From NCBI GenBank assembly GCA_030748415.1, contig JASMMA010000004.1, forward strand, positions 150,501 through 214,500: a stretch of 64,000 bases of DNA. The letters run 5' to 3'. Positions within the stretch are counted from its first letter, which is position 1. The number at the start of each line of letters is the position of its first letter. The translations under genes were made by a program, and so were the position numbers. Below, piece after piece: positions 30,382 to 40,182 of this stretch. Source of the stretch: Planctomycetota bacterium. Lineage in GTDB: Bacteria > Planctomycetota > UBA1135. The notes under the pieces were generated by a model. It made no database searches. It saw only the letters and a program-made list of their open reading frames with translations, and was not told where the DNA came from.

Positions 30382-31449
30382 TTGAAAGCCATCCAAATGG
30401 CCCGGCCTGAACCGGGTGCCGCCGTTTTTGTTAAAGACCTTCCCGAGCCGCAAGCCGGCCCGGGCCAGGTGCGAGTTCGGATTTCCAAGGCTGCGATTTG
30501 TGGAACGGACCGACACATTTTTCACTGGGATCCCAGCATTGCACCCCTGCTTTCGCCTCCGGTTGTGATTGGGCATGAGTTCTGCGGTCATATCGACCAA
30601 GTCGGTGCCGAGGTTACTGGCTGGGAAGAAGGAGATTATGTTTCGGCAGAGATGCACATTGTTTGTGGAAAGTGCCGTGCATGTAGGGCTGGCAATCAGC
30701 ATGTTTGTGAGGACACTGAAATTGCGGGACTTCATTGCGACGGTGCATTCGCCGAGTTTGTCGTGGTGCCGTCCCAGAACCTTGTTCGGCTCGACCCTGC
30801 TGTGGTACCTCCTCACATTGGCGCCTTTTTAGATGCACTGGGAAATGCTGTTCACACCGTGCAGGCCGCTTCTTCGATTGCAGGCCGGCATATTTTGCTT
30901 TCAGGGTACGGCGCAATTGGAGCCATGGCCGCCGCTGTTGTGGAGTTTGAAGGTGCCGCAAGCCTTTGCATTACGGAAGTCGCACCGGGCCACCTCAGCC
31001 GCGCGCGGGAATGGGTTTCAAAATTGAATGGCCCTGTTCCCGTTCATGTATTCGACCCTCGCGAAGAAGGGACTGCTGAAAAAATCCGCCAAATCACCGG
31101 CGGTGGGGTGGATGTTGTTCTGGAAATGAGTGGGGCTCCACCTGCCATTAACATGGGGCTTGAACTCCTGTACCCGGGCGGAGAAATGATGATGCTTGGT
31201 CTTCCTTCCGGTTCGGATCTCTCTTTGGAGGGGTTTGCGCGCAATGTCATTTTTAAGGGCCTCCACCTTCACGGTGTCGTGGGGCGACGCATTTTCGCCA
31301 CATGGACTGAGATGTTGGGGCTTTTGGCCCGAGGGCTTAACATTGAGCACATCGTGACCCATCGCTTGCCGCTTTCTTCTTTCACCGAAGGAATTGGCCT
31401 TCTGGATGCGGCCGAAGCTCACAAGGTCATTTTGGATCCAACTACTTGA
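30382..31449 (+). CDS. tdh: L-threonine 3-dehydrogenase
   Basis: It is a Zn-MDR protein with AICGTDRHIF, GHEFCG and CGKCRACRAG. It is co-located with kbl. The start codon is TTG. Confidence 0.9.
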   Translation: MKAIQMARPEPGAAVFVKDLPEPQAGPGQVRVRISKAAICGTDRHIFHWDPSIAPLLSPPVVIGHEFCGHIDQVGAEVTGWEEGDYVSAEMHIVCGKCRACRAGNQHVCEDTEIAGLHCDGAFAEFVVVPSQNLVRLDPAVVPPHIGAFLDALGNAVHTVQAASSIAGRHILLSGYGAIGAMAAAVVEFEGAASLCITEVAPGHLSRAREWVSKLNGPVPVHVFDPREEGTAEKIRQITGGGVDVVLEMSGAPPAINMGLELLYPGGEMMMLGLPSGSDLSLEGFARNVIFKGLHLHGVVGRRIFATWTEMLGLLARGLNIEHIVTHRLPLSSFTEGIGLLDAAEAHKVILDPTT

Positions 31450-31451
31450 AC

Positions 31452-31772
31452 ATGAAGAACCACCTGCTTTCTCTTTCCCTTCTCCTTTCTTTGTCTTCCG
31501 TTTCCTGCTCTACCCTTTCGGAAGATCAGGTTCAGGCACTTGTTGCCCATCACCAGGAAGAAACCATTCGCTTGGAGCAAGAGAAGCAAAGTCTGCTTGC
31601 CCAAGTTGAAGCAGTCATTAATCAGATTGCCAGGATTGATTCCGAAATTGCCCAGCTCCAAGTGGACCGTGTAGAGGCTCTCGAAAGCCAAGCTAAGCTT
31701 GAAGAGTCCGTTCTGGGCATGGACCAGAAAATTGCCGAGAATCAAGATAAGCTCGAAGACCTTCAAGACTGA
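31452..31772 (+). CDS. small coiled-coil lipoprotein
   Basis: The signal peptide is [19 protein letters not shown]|S, followed by a heptad-like Q/E-rich helix. The ATG at 31452 lies just inside the track ORF. Confidence 0.4.
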   Translation: MKNHLLSLSLLLSLSSVSCSTLSEDQVQALVAHHQEETIRLEQEKQSLLAQVEAVINQIARIDSEIAQLQVDRVEALESQAKLEESVLGMDQKIAENQDKLEDLQD

Positions 31773-31783
31773 GCTCCGTTCGC

Positions 31784-32995
31784 ATGAGCGATACCGCCCA
31801 AAATCATTTTCGGTCAGGTCTCCAGTCGGAGCTTCAAGAGATTCGTGAATCAGGGCTCTGGAAATCCGAACGAGTTATTGCAACTCCCCAAGGGGCGGAT
31901 ATTCGGGTAAAGTCGGGCGAAGAAGTTTTAAACTTTTGCGCTAACAATTATTTGGGACTTTCCGATGACCCTGCTGTGGTGGATGCCGCGCGAAAGAGTT
32001 TGGACACTCATGGTTTTGGAATGTCTTCCGTGCGCTTTATTTGTGGCACCCAAGATATACACAAAGAGTTGGAAACCAAAATATCTGATTTCTTGGGTTT
32101 TGAAGACACCATTCTTTATACATCTTGTTTTGATGCAAATGGGGGACTGTTTGAAACTTTACTCACAGCCGAAGATGCTGTTATCTCCGATGAGCTGAAC
32201 CACGCATCCATTATTGATGGGGTGCGTTTGTGTAAGGCGAATCGCTTCCGCTACAAAAATTCCGACATGGAGGATTTAGAACGATGCTTGCGCGAAGCCG
32301 ATGAAGCTGGCGCACGGCGCAAACTTATTTCCACCGACGGTGTTTTCTCCATGGATGGTTTTGTTGCCAAACTGGGTGAGATTTGCGATTTGGCAGACCG
32401 TTATGGCGCGTGGGTGCATGTAGATGATTCCCACTCCACAGGTTTTATGGGCAAGACCGGTCGCGGTACGCACGAACATTGCGGTGTGATGGGGCGCGTG
32501 AACATCATCACCTCCACTTTGGGGAAAGCCCTTGGTGGTGCAAGTGGGGGCTATACCTCGGCCTCGACAGAGGTCGTGGACATGTTGCGGAACCGCTCCC
32601 GCCCCTATTTGTTTTCGAACTCGGTAGCGCCTCCTATTGTTGCGGCGAGCATTGCGGTATTTGACCGCTTGAGCGCAACGACCGAATTGCGAGATCGTTT
32701 GGAAAATAACACGGCCCACTTCCGTGCAAAGATGACCGACGCGGGTTTCAAAATCCAGCCGGGCGTGCACCCTATTGTTCCCATTATGTTGGGTGATGCG
32801 CGACTCGCGGCAGAAATGGCGGACGACCTTCTCGCAGAAGGAATCTATGTTGTCGGGTTTAGCTTCCCTGTCGTGCCCAAAGGAAAAGCCCGGATTCGGG
32901 TTCAGATTTCAGCCGCTCATACCCGAGAACACCTCGACCGCGCCCTTGCCGCCTTTATCAAGGTTGGCCGCGCAAAAGGCGTGATTGATTCCTAA
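31784..32995 (+). CDS. kbl: 2-amino-3-ketobutyrate CoA ligase (glycine C-acetyltransferase)
   Basis: It belongs to the PLP-dependent alpha-oxoamine synthase family ([23 protein letters not shown]). Confidence 0.92.
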   Translation: MSDTAQNHFRSGLQSELQEIRESGLWKSERVIATPQGADIRVKSGEEVLNFCANNYLGLSDDPAVVDAARKSLDTHGFGMSSVRFICGTQDIHKELETKISDFLGFEDTILYTSCFDANGGLFETLLTAEDAVISDELNHASIIDGVRLCKANRFRYKNSDMEDLERCLREADEAGARRKLISTDGVFSMDGFVAKLGEICDLADRYGAWVHVDDSHSTGFMGKTGRGTHEHCGVMGRVNIITSTLGKALGGASGGYTSASTEVVDMLRNRSRPYLFSNSVAPPIVAASIAVFDRLSATTELRDRLENNTAHFRAKMTDAGFKIQPGVHPIVPIMLGDARLAAEMADDLLAEGIYVVGFSFPVVPKGKARIRVQISAAHTREHLDRALAAFIKVGRAKGVIDS

Positions 32996-33007
32996 CCAGG
33001 GTGTGCT

Positions 33008-33736
33008 CTAACCCAACATTTCCCGCACGCGCGGGTGCAAGATGTTGTTTTCTTTATGGATGTGGCGATGAATGTCCGATTCACATTCTTCGAGACCTTT
33101 GATTAAGGCAGTAAGAGTGGTGCAGGCGTTTTCAGGAACGGTGTAGTCGTTCGTAAGTTCTCTCATTCGGCGCAATGCGTTGCCAGCGTTGTCATGTTCA
33201 GCTTCCATCACTTGCATCGGAGCTTCAGGGGTCATGCAACCGGGGCCATCAGGGTTTGCTGGCTCTCCACCGGCAAGCCGCCGAATCATGGGAAAGAGAA
33301 TCTCTTCTTCTTTCTGAAGGTGGTTGTGCAGTTCATTGAAAAGAAGTCCTGTAGTTTGATGGAGTTCAACATACTCAGGGTGGTTTTCACTATGGGCATT
33401 TAGGACCTTCTTCATCATTTCCCAAAGAGCAGGCATGGCTTCCTTGAGATAGGTGTGATGCATACTTTCAATGTGGTCGCATAGTTGGTCGAGGGGCGCA
33501 TGGAGGAGATTTAGACCATCGTCAGTTCTTTCTAACTCGGCGATTTCCCTCTGAACGGTCTCCATGTCAGCTCCCGCGCGCTCGCAGGCCTCGGCAAGGG
33601 GGCGGTTGCCACCACAGCAATAGTCCATTTTGTGGCGAGCAAAAATACCCGTAGCAAGAGGAAGGTGGGCGGCAATATCGCCGACGGTGGTTTCAGGAGT
33701 GATGGTGGGCAGAGTGTCCATTTTGAAGGGGTCCAA
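33008..33736 (-). CDS. ytfE: iron-sulfur cluster repair di-iron protein (RIC/ScdA/YtfE family)
   Basis: It has the ScdA_N motif DYCCGGNRPL and hemerythrin-like His/Glu motifs (HHTYLKE, EEEILFP, EHDNAG). Confidence 0.85.
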   Translation of the reverse strand: MDPFKMDTLPTITPETTVGDIAAHLPLATGIFARHKMDYCCGGNRPLAEACERAGADMETVQREIAELERTDDGLNLLHAPLDQLCDHIESMHHTYLKEAMPALWEMMKKVLNAHSENHPEYVELHQTTGLLFNELHNHLQKEEEILFPMIRRLAGGEPANPDGPGCMTPEAPMQVMEAEHDNAGNALRRMRELTNDYTVPENACTTLTALIKGLEECESDIHRHIHKENNILHPRVREMLG

Positions 33737-33770
33737 AGGGGGGTGGAAGGAATCGTGGGGGAATATTACT

Positions 33771-33795
33771 TAGTCCACGGATTCAGACAAACTAG
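33771..33795. repeat. 25-bp duplicate of the trkH 3' terminus (intergenic copy)
   Basis: tagtccacggattcagacaaactag is identical to 33896..33920, which encodes the last codons and the stop of trkH on the minus strand. Confidence 0.9.
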
Positions 33796-33818
33796 GGGTT
33801 AACTCAAGGGACTGTGCC

Positions 33819-33848
33819 CAAAGCCCCCGTCTTCTCCAACCGAGCCTT
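33819..33848 (+). repeat. 30-bp direct repeat, copy 2 (intergenic duplicate of the rodA 3' end)
   Basis: It is a perfect match to 30304..30333. Confidence 0.9.
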
Positions 33849-33894
33849 TATGAATGAGGCAGAGTTTTTCTGGAGCGTGTTGAGGAAATAGGAA

Positions 33895-35394
33895 CTAGTC
33901 CACGGATTCAGACAAACTAGTGCCCCGCCAGCGGATTTTCTTAAGGACATCAGGGTGGAGAAGGGCCAGCACCGAGACGACTTCAAGGCGACCAAACCAC
34001 ATGGCGGCAGTGAGCAAGAGCTTTTGTGCAGCATTAAAGTTTGCAAAACTACCCATGGGGCCCACTTCGCCAAAACCAGGGCCAATGTTCCCAAGGCAGG
34101 CAAGAGAGGCGGAGAAGGCTTCTTCAAAGGGGGCCCCCAAAAGAACAAGCAAACTGCCCACCAGGATGTATCCCACTAAGTAAAGTGCGACCACAGTGAT
34201 GACCGCTCTTTGGATAGCATCGGGAATGGAACGAGACTTGTAGCGAAGAGGAATCACTGCGCGTGGGTGAAGCACGCGGGTGAGTTCGCGGTATAGGAAT
34301 TTAAGACTGAGTAAGTTTCGTACCGCTTTCGCGCCGCCCGCAGCGGAACCTGCGCACCCTCCAATGAGCATCATGAGAATCAAGAGGGTGCGGGGACTAT
34401 CACCCCATAAGTTGTAGTCGGTGCTGGCGTAACCGGTAGATGAAATCAAGCTTGCGCATTGAAAGGCCCCCGTTCGAAAATCTACTTCACCTGGGAGACC
34501 AGTTGAAAGTAGCCACGCAACACCAGCGCTTCCGGCAAGAATGGCGCCTAAGTAAAACCGGAACTCCCCATCTCGAATGGGCTCTCCAGGTCGGCGGGAA
34601 AGGGCAATCCATAGCAGGGGGAAACTCATGCCGCTAAGAATCATGAAACCCGTAATAATCCATTCGCCCATCACGGGGTCGTAGTTTGGGTATGCGGTCG
34701 AGTTTGCATACCCCATGAGCGATTCGGGGTTCGGAGAGAACCCGCCCGCCGGCATGGTCGTCAAAGCATGGCAAAGAGAATCGTAGAGAGGCATGCCTGC
34801 CCAAAAGAACAAGGAAACCATTTCCAAAATGGTCAGAAAGAAAAAAAGTACCCAAAGGCGAACTGCGGTGTCCCGAATTTTTGGAGCAATGGACTCGGAA
34901 GGGGCACTCGATGCTTCAGCAAAGAAAAGTTGGCGACCCCCAACGCCCAGGTGGGGGAGAACAACCACAAACAAGGCAAGTACGCCGACACCGCCAAACC
35001 ATTGAGTCATCGCGCGCCACAAAAAGAAAGCGCGCCCGCGTTCCCAATCGGTGAGAATCGTGGCACCTGTCGTGGTGAATCCGGACATGGATTCGAAGAA
35101 AGCATCTACGGGCGATAAGCCAGAAAGTACATAGGGGACTGCTGCGGAGGCAGCGATGATGAGCCAAGTGCCAGAAACAACGGCAAGCGCTTCGGCCCGG
35201 CGGAAGTTCACGGAAACGGGTAGGTTTCGGACCAGAAAGGAACCCACCATGAGTGCGACGAGTCCTCCGGATGCAAAGTGAAGGGCTTGGCCAGTTTGTT
35301 GATCCCAAAGCGCAAGTAAAAATGGAACAGCGAAGGCGAGGCTAAATAAGCGCAAGATTCTCCCGACGATTCCAAGAACGAGAGCTAGTCGCAT
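33895..35394 (-). CDS. trkH: Trk-type K+ uptake protein TrkH
   Basis: It is a 499-aa polytopic protein with TrkH-family pore-loop motifs (SGFTTTGAT, SSTGYAS, LGNIGPGFG). Confidence 0.9.
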   Translation of the reverse strand: MRLALVLGIVGRILRLFSLAFAVPFLLALWDQQTGQALHFASGGLVALMVGSFLVRNLPVSVNFRRAEALAVVSGTWLIIAASAAVPYVLSGLSPVDAFFESMSGFTTTGATILTDWERGRAFFLWRAMTQWFGGVGVLALFVVVLPHLGVGGRQLFFAEASSAPSESIAPKIRDTAVRLWVLFFFLTILEMVSLFFWAGMPLYDSLCHALTTMPAGGFSPNPESLMGYANSTAYPNYDPVMGEWIITGFMILSGMSFPLLWIALSRRPGEPIRDGEFRFYLGAILAGSAGVAWLLSTGLPGEVDFRTGAFQCASLISSTGYASTDYNLWGDSPRTLLILMMLIGGCAGSAAGGAKAVRNLLSLKFLYRELTRVLHPRAVIPLRYKSRSIPDAIQRAVITVVALYLVGYILVGSLLVLLGAPFEEAFSASLACLGNIGPGFGEVGPMGSFANFNAAQKLLLTAAMWFGRLEVVSVLALLHPDVLKKIRWRGTSLSESVD

Positions 35395-35416
35395 ACGATG
35401 TCAGAATGAGAGGCGT

Positions 35417-36766
35417 TCAAAGTTCGAACCTTTGGAAGTAATGTCGCGCGGTATCTTCGTCTTCGCGCTTTGTGAAAACGAGGAGCCGATCGCCACCTGC
35501 AACTTCGTCGTCTCCGTGCGGGATGATGACCTTGCCTTCTCGAAGGATGGCCCCAATGATGGCGAATACGGGAGCGCGCATTTTTGCAAGGGGGGTAGGC
35601 GGGCGATGGGCGGGAACTTCGAGCCGTAGAACCACGACATCCCCGTGTTCCAATTCAGCCATGAGGTCCGTCTGAGATGCCACAATTCCTCGGGCAACTG
35701 ATGAAATGGCTGCACCACGGGCAGAGCGCACTACATCAATGCCCACTTTTTCAAACAAGCGTTCGTTGGATGACTTGTCTGCGCGAGTCACGATGCGTGG
35801 GACACCCAAGTGTTTTGCGAGTAAGGACACCATGAGGTTTTTTTCATCGTTACTCGTGACAGCAATCAAGACTGAACTTTCGCCTACATCTTCTTCCTGA
35901 AGGCGGTCCAAGTCTGTTCCGTCGAAATGAAGGACTAAAGCTTTGGGAAGTAGCGGGCTAATCTCTTCACAGCGGGCGCGGTCAGCATCAATCACTTTGA
36001 CCTCCCAGCCGGCGTCACTCAGCCCCTTGGCGACATCAAAGCCCACAAGCCCACCGCCAATCACTGTGGCGCGGCGGGCGCGGCCACGAGCGGATGCGGG
36101 GCGAAGCCATTTGTAGATGAGGCGATTGATTCCACCCAGGTTGCCCATTGCGGTAATTTGGTCGCCGGGTTGCAGATGGGTGGAGCCATTTGGAATAAAG
36201 ATTTCCTCTCCACGGCGCGCCATGACTAAGACAACTCCAGAAGGGATGCCCACCTCCTTTAAGGGTCCTTTGGAAATGAGGGTGTCCTCTTCAACCGCGC
36301 GTCGCACGAGGCGAACCCGCCCCCCCTCGAAGGCTTCGACTTCAAGAGCACCTGGTACAGTCACGATGCGGAGAATTTCTCTTGCGAGTCGTTCAGCAGG
36401 AAGAATGACCGTATCAATGCCAAGTTGGCGACCTAGGGCTTCCGCATCTTTTTCCGTTGAGCGCACATCACGCCTCAGAAGGAAGCAGGTCGCCCGACGG
36501 GCACCTGCCCGTTTCGCCGAAACGCAGGCAACTAGGTTGCGCTCGTCGGAAGGGGTGCAAGCGACGAAGAGGGCGGCCTTGTTTGCGCCAGCCTGCATCA
36601 AGATGTCCCAAGAGGTCACATTGCCAATAACTTTATCTACATCGAGTTGGTCGGGAATGGAGTCTTTCGATTCCTCGGAACAAATTAAGACCACCGAGTG
36701 GTCCTCCATTAAAACACGAGCCAAGCGGAAAGCCGTTTCGTCGTCGCCGCCAATTAAAATTTTCAT
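35417..36766 (-). CDS. trkA: Trk system NAD-binding protein TrkA (double RCK)
   Basis: It has two TrkA-N Rossmann folds (KILIGGDD.., TVIGGGLVGFDVA), each followed by a TrkA-C domain. Confidence 0.9.
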   Translation of the reverse strand: MKILIGGDDETAFRLARVLMEDHSVVLICSEESKDSIPDQLDVDKVIGNVTSWDILMQAGANKAALFVACTPSDERNLVACVSAKRAGARRATCFLLRRDVRSTEKDAEALGRQLGIDTVILPAERLAREILRIVTVPGALEVEAFEGGRVRLVRRAVEEDTLISKGPLKEVGIPSGVVLVMARRGEEIFIPNGSTHLQPGDQITAMGNLGGINRLIYKWLRPASARGRARRATVIGGGLVGFDVAKGLSDAGWEVKVIDADRARCEEISPLLPKALVLHFDGTDLDRLQEEDVGESSVLIAVTSNDEKNLMVSLLAKHLGVPRIVTRADKSSNERLFEKVGIDVVRSARGAAISSVARGIVASQTDLMAELEHGDVVVLRLEVPAHRPPTPLAKMRAPVFAIIGAILREGKVIIPHGDDEVAGGDRLLVFTKREDEDTARHYFQRFEL

Positions 36767-37455
36767 CAGTTATCGAACTCCGCAACAAATCGAGCGATAT
36801 CTTTCTTTTCTCCAACAGCTGTAATTTCGCAACCCTCAGGCAAGATGGTGTCTGCCGTGGCGTGCTGAAGAGGGCTGTCTCCTGATTCGCGCCAACCAAT
36901 AATGGTGAGTTGATAACGCTGGCGCACTTCCAGTTCCGCCAAAGATTTTCCGCACATGCGGTCGGGGCAAGAAAGCTCGGCCAACTCCCAGTTGTCCCCA
37001 AGAGAGACTTCTTGCTTTACTAAATCGGTTGCTACACGGCCTGCGATTTGAGCGGCTTGGTCAATTTCTGGGATTATGATTCGGAATGCATGGGGACCAT
37101 CCATGCCGCGGTCAATGGCATTCAAGACTTCAGCGTGTTGTTCATCTTCAGCCTTGATAAAAATGCGACCGACACCTCGTTGGCGAAGGTGAAGAGCGGT
37201 CAAAGTCGTGGCATTCATGGAACCGCCCATTCCTAAGACGGCAGTATCCACAGGGCCGGTCTTTTCCATAATTCGGCCAAGCGATTCGGGATGGTCCAGG
37301 TTTGCCCCGAAGCATTCATGGACATACTTGGTTGAGGCTTGGCGCGCTTTTTCGTTTTTATCCACCGCAAAAACACGAACACCTTCGCGGCTTGCAAGCT
37401 CCGTAATCAAACGGTGCCCAAACTTGCCGAGGCCGAGGACGAGAATTTTATTCAC
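36766..37455 (-). CDS. KtrA/TrkA-N family K+ transport regulatory protein (single RCK)
   Basis: It begins MNKILVLGLGKFGHRL (GxGxxG), is 229 aa, and has a TrkA-C-like C-terminus. Confidence 0.75.
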   Translation of the reverse strand: MNKILVLGLGKFGHRLITELASREGVRVFAVDKNEKARQASTKYVHECFGANLDHPESLGRIMEKTGPVDTAVLGMGGSMNATTLTALHLRQRGVGRIFIKAEDEQHAEVLNAIDRGMDGPHAFRIIIPEIDQAAQIAGRVATDLVKQEVSLGDNWELAELSCPDRMCGKSLAELEVRQRYQLTIIGWRESGDSPLQHATADTILPEGCEITAVGEKKDIARFVAEFDN

Positions 37456-37487
37456 AGAAACTCCATCTAGGTGGTGGGCAGTTTAGC

Positions 37488-38828
37488 CTAGCCGACCGGA
37501 ATTGCCCCATCAGGATAATCCAAGGGGTCATCTGGAAGCGAACGAAAAAGTGCCCAGGCAATGGTCAGAGGGCCAAGTCGGCCAATAAACATTGCTACGG
37601 CGAGGGCCATTTGAGAAGTGGTGGAAAGCTCGCTCGTAATTCCAGTACTGAGGCCAACTGTCCCCAAGGCGCTGGCAGCTTCGAAGGAAAGGGCTTCAAG
37701 GCTAAAGGAAGCCGAAGAATCCAATAGAGCCAAGAGGCCAGTCAAGCCTGCCCATAACGCGGTCATCATGGAACAAATCAAAATGGAACGCCGGGCGATT
37801 CCTTGAGGGATTCGCCTTCCGAAGATAATCACTTTTCGTTGGCCACGAATGTGAGCAGCAAGAGCAACAAGGAAAATCCAAAGTGTTGTGGTTTTCATGC
37901 CGCCTGCGGTGCCTCCCGGGGCGGCACCAATAAGCATGAGGGGAATCATGCCCAAAAGAGTGATTCGTCGCGCTTGGCTTAGGTCCAACATGGAAAAACC
38001 TGCAGTTCGCGAGGTATTCCCTTGGAAAAAAGAGAGGACCGCTTGCTTGGAAGGAGAGTAGGAGTCCAAGAGTCCACCATTGGCTTCGGTGAGCCAGAAA
38101 AGAACAGGGCCCAAAAGGATGAGCGCGAAGCCACTCCATAAAATCATGCGTGCGGCGGCGTCGAGTCGCTTGGTTTCCTTTTTTGTCCACGAGCGAATCG
38201 CTGCAGGGAGGATGAACCCGAATCCGCCCAAGAGCCAGAGCACCGAAAGGGTAAGACCGATGGTGGGGTTACCGGCGTATGGGGTAATGCCTAATTGAAG
38301 GTTGTCAAAACCAGCATTGCAGAAAGCCGAAACCGTCAAAAAGAGTGCCGCCCATGCAGGGTTGGGTTCTTGACTCAGGGCTGGGTATAGAAAACAAAAC
38401 CCAACCGCTTCAATTAAAAGAGTGCCGCCCAACACCAAACTGAGAGTGTGGCGTGGGTTTCCACGAAAAACATGATCGCTTAAAGTGCTTTCCAAGAGTT
38501 CGCCCGATTGACCCGCAACGCGTTGGCGCAAACTTTCAAACACTAAAACTGCGAGCGTCATGACACCCAATCCGCCTAACTGAAAAAGAGCCAGAAGAAT
38601 TCCCTGGCCTAAAAAACTAAAATCGTGGGCGGTGCTGACCACGGTGAGTCCGGTCACGCATACGGCACTTGTTGAAGTGAAAAATGCTTCCGATAAGGAG
38701 AGAGGGAGCCGCCCCTCAACAACGGCTTGGGGCAACCCCAGCAAAACAGTCCCAAGAATAATGCACAGGACAAAGCCCAACGCTACGAAGACATGGCTTC
38801 GGTTCGAGTTGGACGAAACCAAATGCAT
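37488..38828 (-). CDS. KtrB/TrkH family K+ transporter
   Basis: It is a 446-aa polytopic protein with pore-loop motifs (TSAVCVTGL, SAFCNAGF, NTSRTAGF, ALGTVGLS). Confidence 0.8.
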   Translation of the reverse strand: MHLVSSNSNRSHVFVALGFVLCIILGTVLLGLPQAVVEGRLPLSLSEAFFTSTSAVCVTGLTVVSTAHDFSFLGQGILLALFQLGGLGVMTLAVLVFESLRQRVAGQSGELLESTLSDHVFRGNPRHTLSLVLGGTLLIEAVGFCFLYPALSQEPNPAWAALFLTVSAFCNAGFDNLQLGITPYAGNPTIGLTLSVLWLLGGFGFILPAAIRSWTKKETKRLDAAARMILWSGFALILLGPVLFWLTEANGGLLDSYSPSKQAVLSFFQGNTSRTAGFSMLDLSQARRITLLGMIPLMLIGAAPGGTAGGMKTTTLWIFLVALAAHIRGQRKVIIFGRRIPQGIARRSILICSMMTALWAGLTGLLALLDSSASFSLEALSFEAASALGTVGLSTGITSELSTTSQMALAVAMFIGRLGPLTIAWALFRSLPDDPLDYPDGAIPVG

Positions 38829-38835
38829 ACAGGCC

Positions 38836-40182
38836 CTAATTTGGTTTCAGACTACCGGCCTTTAGCTTTTTGAGATTCTTTTTCGCATCTCGAAGCGCAA
38901 TTCTAATTCGGTTGATTTCATCCGGCTCCATGCCTTCGGTATCGGTAAGGATTTCCTCTGCGCGGGCAGCGGCTTGAATGTAAAGGTCAGCGGCCTCTTC
39001 TTGGTCTCGTTGCAAGTAGTAATGGAGAATGACTGCAAGGTCATTCATAACTTGAGGGTCATCCGGCTGAAGCTTGAGGGCACTGCGATAAGCCGTAAGT
39101 GATTCTTCGCCTTCGCCGAGCTCCCGCAGGAAGAAAGCCAGGTTGTTCCAGGCTTCAGGGTCTTGGGGGCGGGCCTGAACGAGCCAACGCGATATCCCGG
39201 AAGCAGATTGAGCATCGCCGCCGGCATAGGCAGTTCCAGCAAGCCATTTCATGTCCGCAATGATGGCATCACCACCTTCGGCGGCTGCCGCCTGCAAGTG
39301 GGATGTGCCACCAGGGCCATTAAAGTACTTCGCCCATGCTCTTGCGGCATATCGGTATTCCTTAGTGGCTTCTCTAGTTTTGTCCTCCGCGGAATATCGT
39401 TGACCAACAAAGAAAGCCGCGTTCGCGAGGTAATACCAGCAACTTGTGTAGCTGGGTTCCAGTTCCATCGCTCGAAGAAGAGCCTTCTTGCACTCTTTCC
39501 AGTTTCCAGGAAGAGCGGCGTAATGGGCCATGCCCAAGTGCCAGAGAAGAAGAGGGTCTTCGCCAACTTTCTTCATGTGTTCATCAATGATGACCGCGGC
39601 TTCTACGCCACCCAACCACTGAGGTATAGATGCAAAGTCAACGGAGGAAGGCTCTCTCTTTAGGGCAAGTTTCCAAGAATCGATAGCGGCCTCTTTGTCT
39701 CCTAGGAAAACAAAAGTTTCACCGAGGCGGACGCAGGGAGCCCCACGCGTTTTATGGTCGGCAACGGCATCTTCAAGAACCGCTCGCGCTTTTTCCCAAA
39801 TGGCGATTTGCTTTTTCCCTTTGAGTTCTTGAGCAGAAGCCATATGAGTTTTTGCAAGTTGAAGCTGCAAGGAAAGTTCTTTGGGGTGCAGAATTAAGCC
39901 ATCTTCAGCGGCTTTGACTGCATTACGAAGATCGTTGCAGGCCATTAACGCCCTGGACAATGCTTCGTAGGCAGTGGCTTCTGCGCCCCCTGCTTGGCAA
40001 GCTTTTCGCAAAGTCCTGGACGCCTGGAAAAAAGCATCAGTAACTTCGAGGCCCTTTAGTTTTCCAGCAGCGAGAGCAGCCTCAGTTTCCTGAAGTTGTT
40101 GGAGACCTTTTTTTGTCAGTTCAGTCACATCGCCAGACTGAAAGAGGAGCAAGGCAAGAGGAGCTATGAGGAGTCCGTTCAT
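38836..40182 (-). CDS. secreted TPR-repeat protein
   Basis: It has a signal peptide (MNGLLIAPLALLLF) and repeated TPR-like A/L/Y/W helical pairs. It lies in an operon with the adjacent genes. Confidence 0.6.
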   Translation of the reverse strand: MNGLLIAPLALLLFQSGDVTELTKKGLQQLQETEAALAAGKLKGLEVTDAFFQASRTLRKACQAGGAEATAYEALSRALMACNDLRNAVKAAEDGLILHPKELSLQLQLAKTHMASAQELKGKKQIAIWEKARAVLEDAVADHKTRGAPCVRLGETFVFLGDKEAAIDSWKLALKREPSSVDFASIPQWLGGVEAAVIIDEHMKKVGEDPLLLWHLGMAHYAALPGNWKECKKALLRAMELEPSYTSCWYYLANAAFFVGQRYSAEDKTREATKEYRYAARAWAKYFNGPGGTSHLQAAAAEGGDAIIADMKWLAGTAYAGGDAQSASGISRWLVQARPQDPEAWNNLAFFLRELGEGEESLTAYRSALKLQPDDPQVMNDLAVILHYYLQRDQEEAADLYIQAAARAEEILTDTEGMEPDEINRIRIALRDAKKNLKKLKAGSLKPN

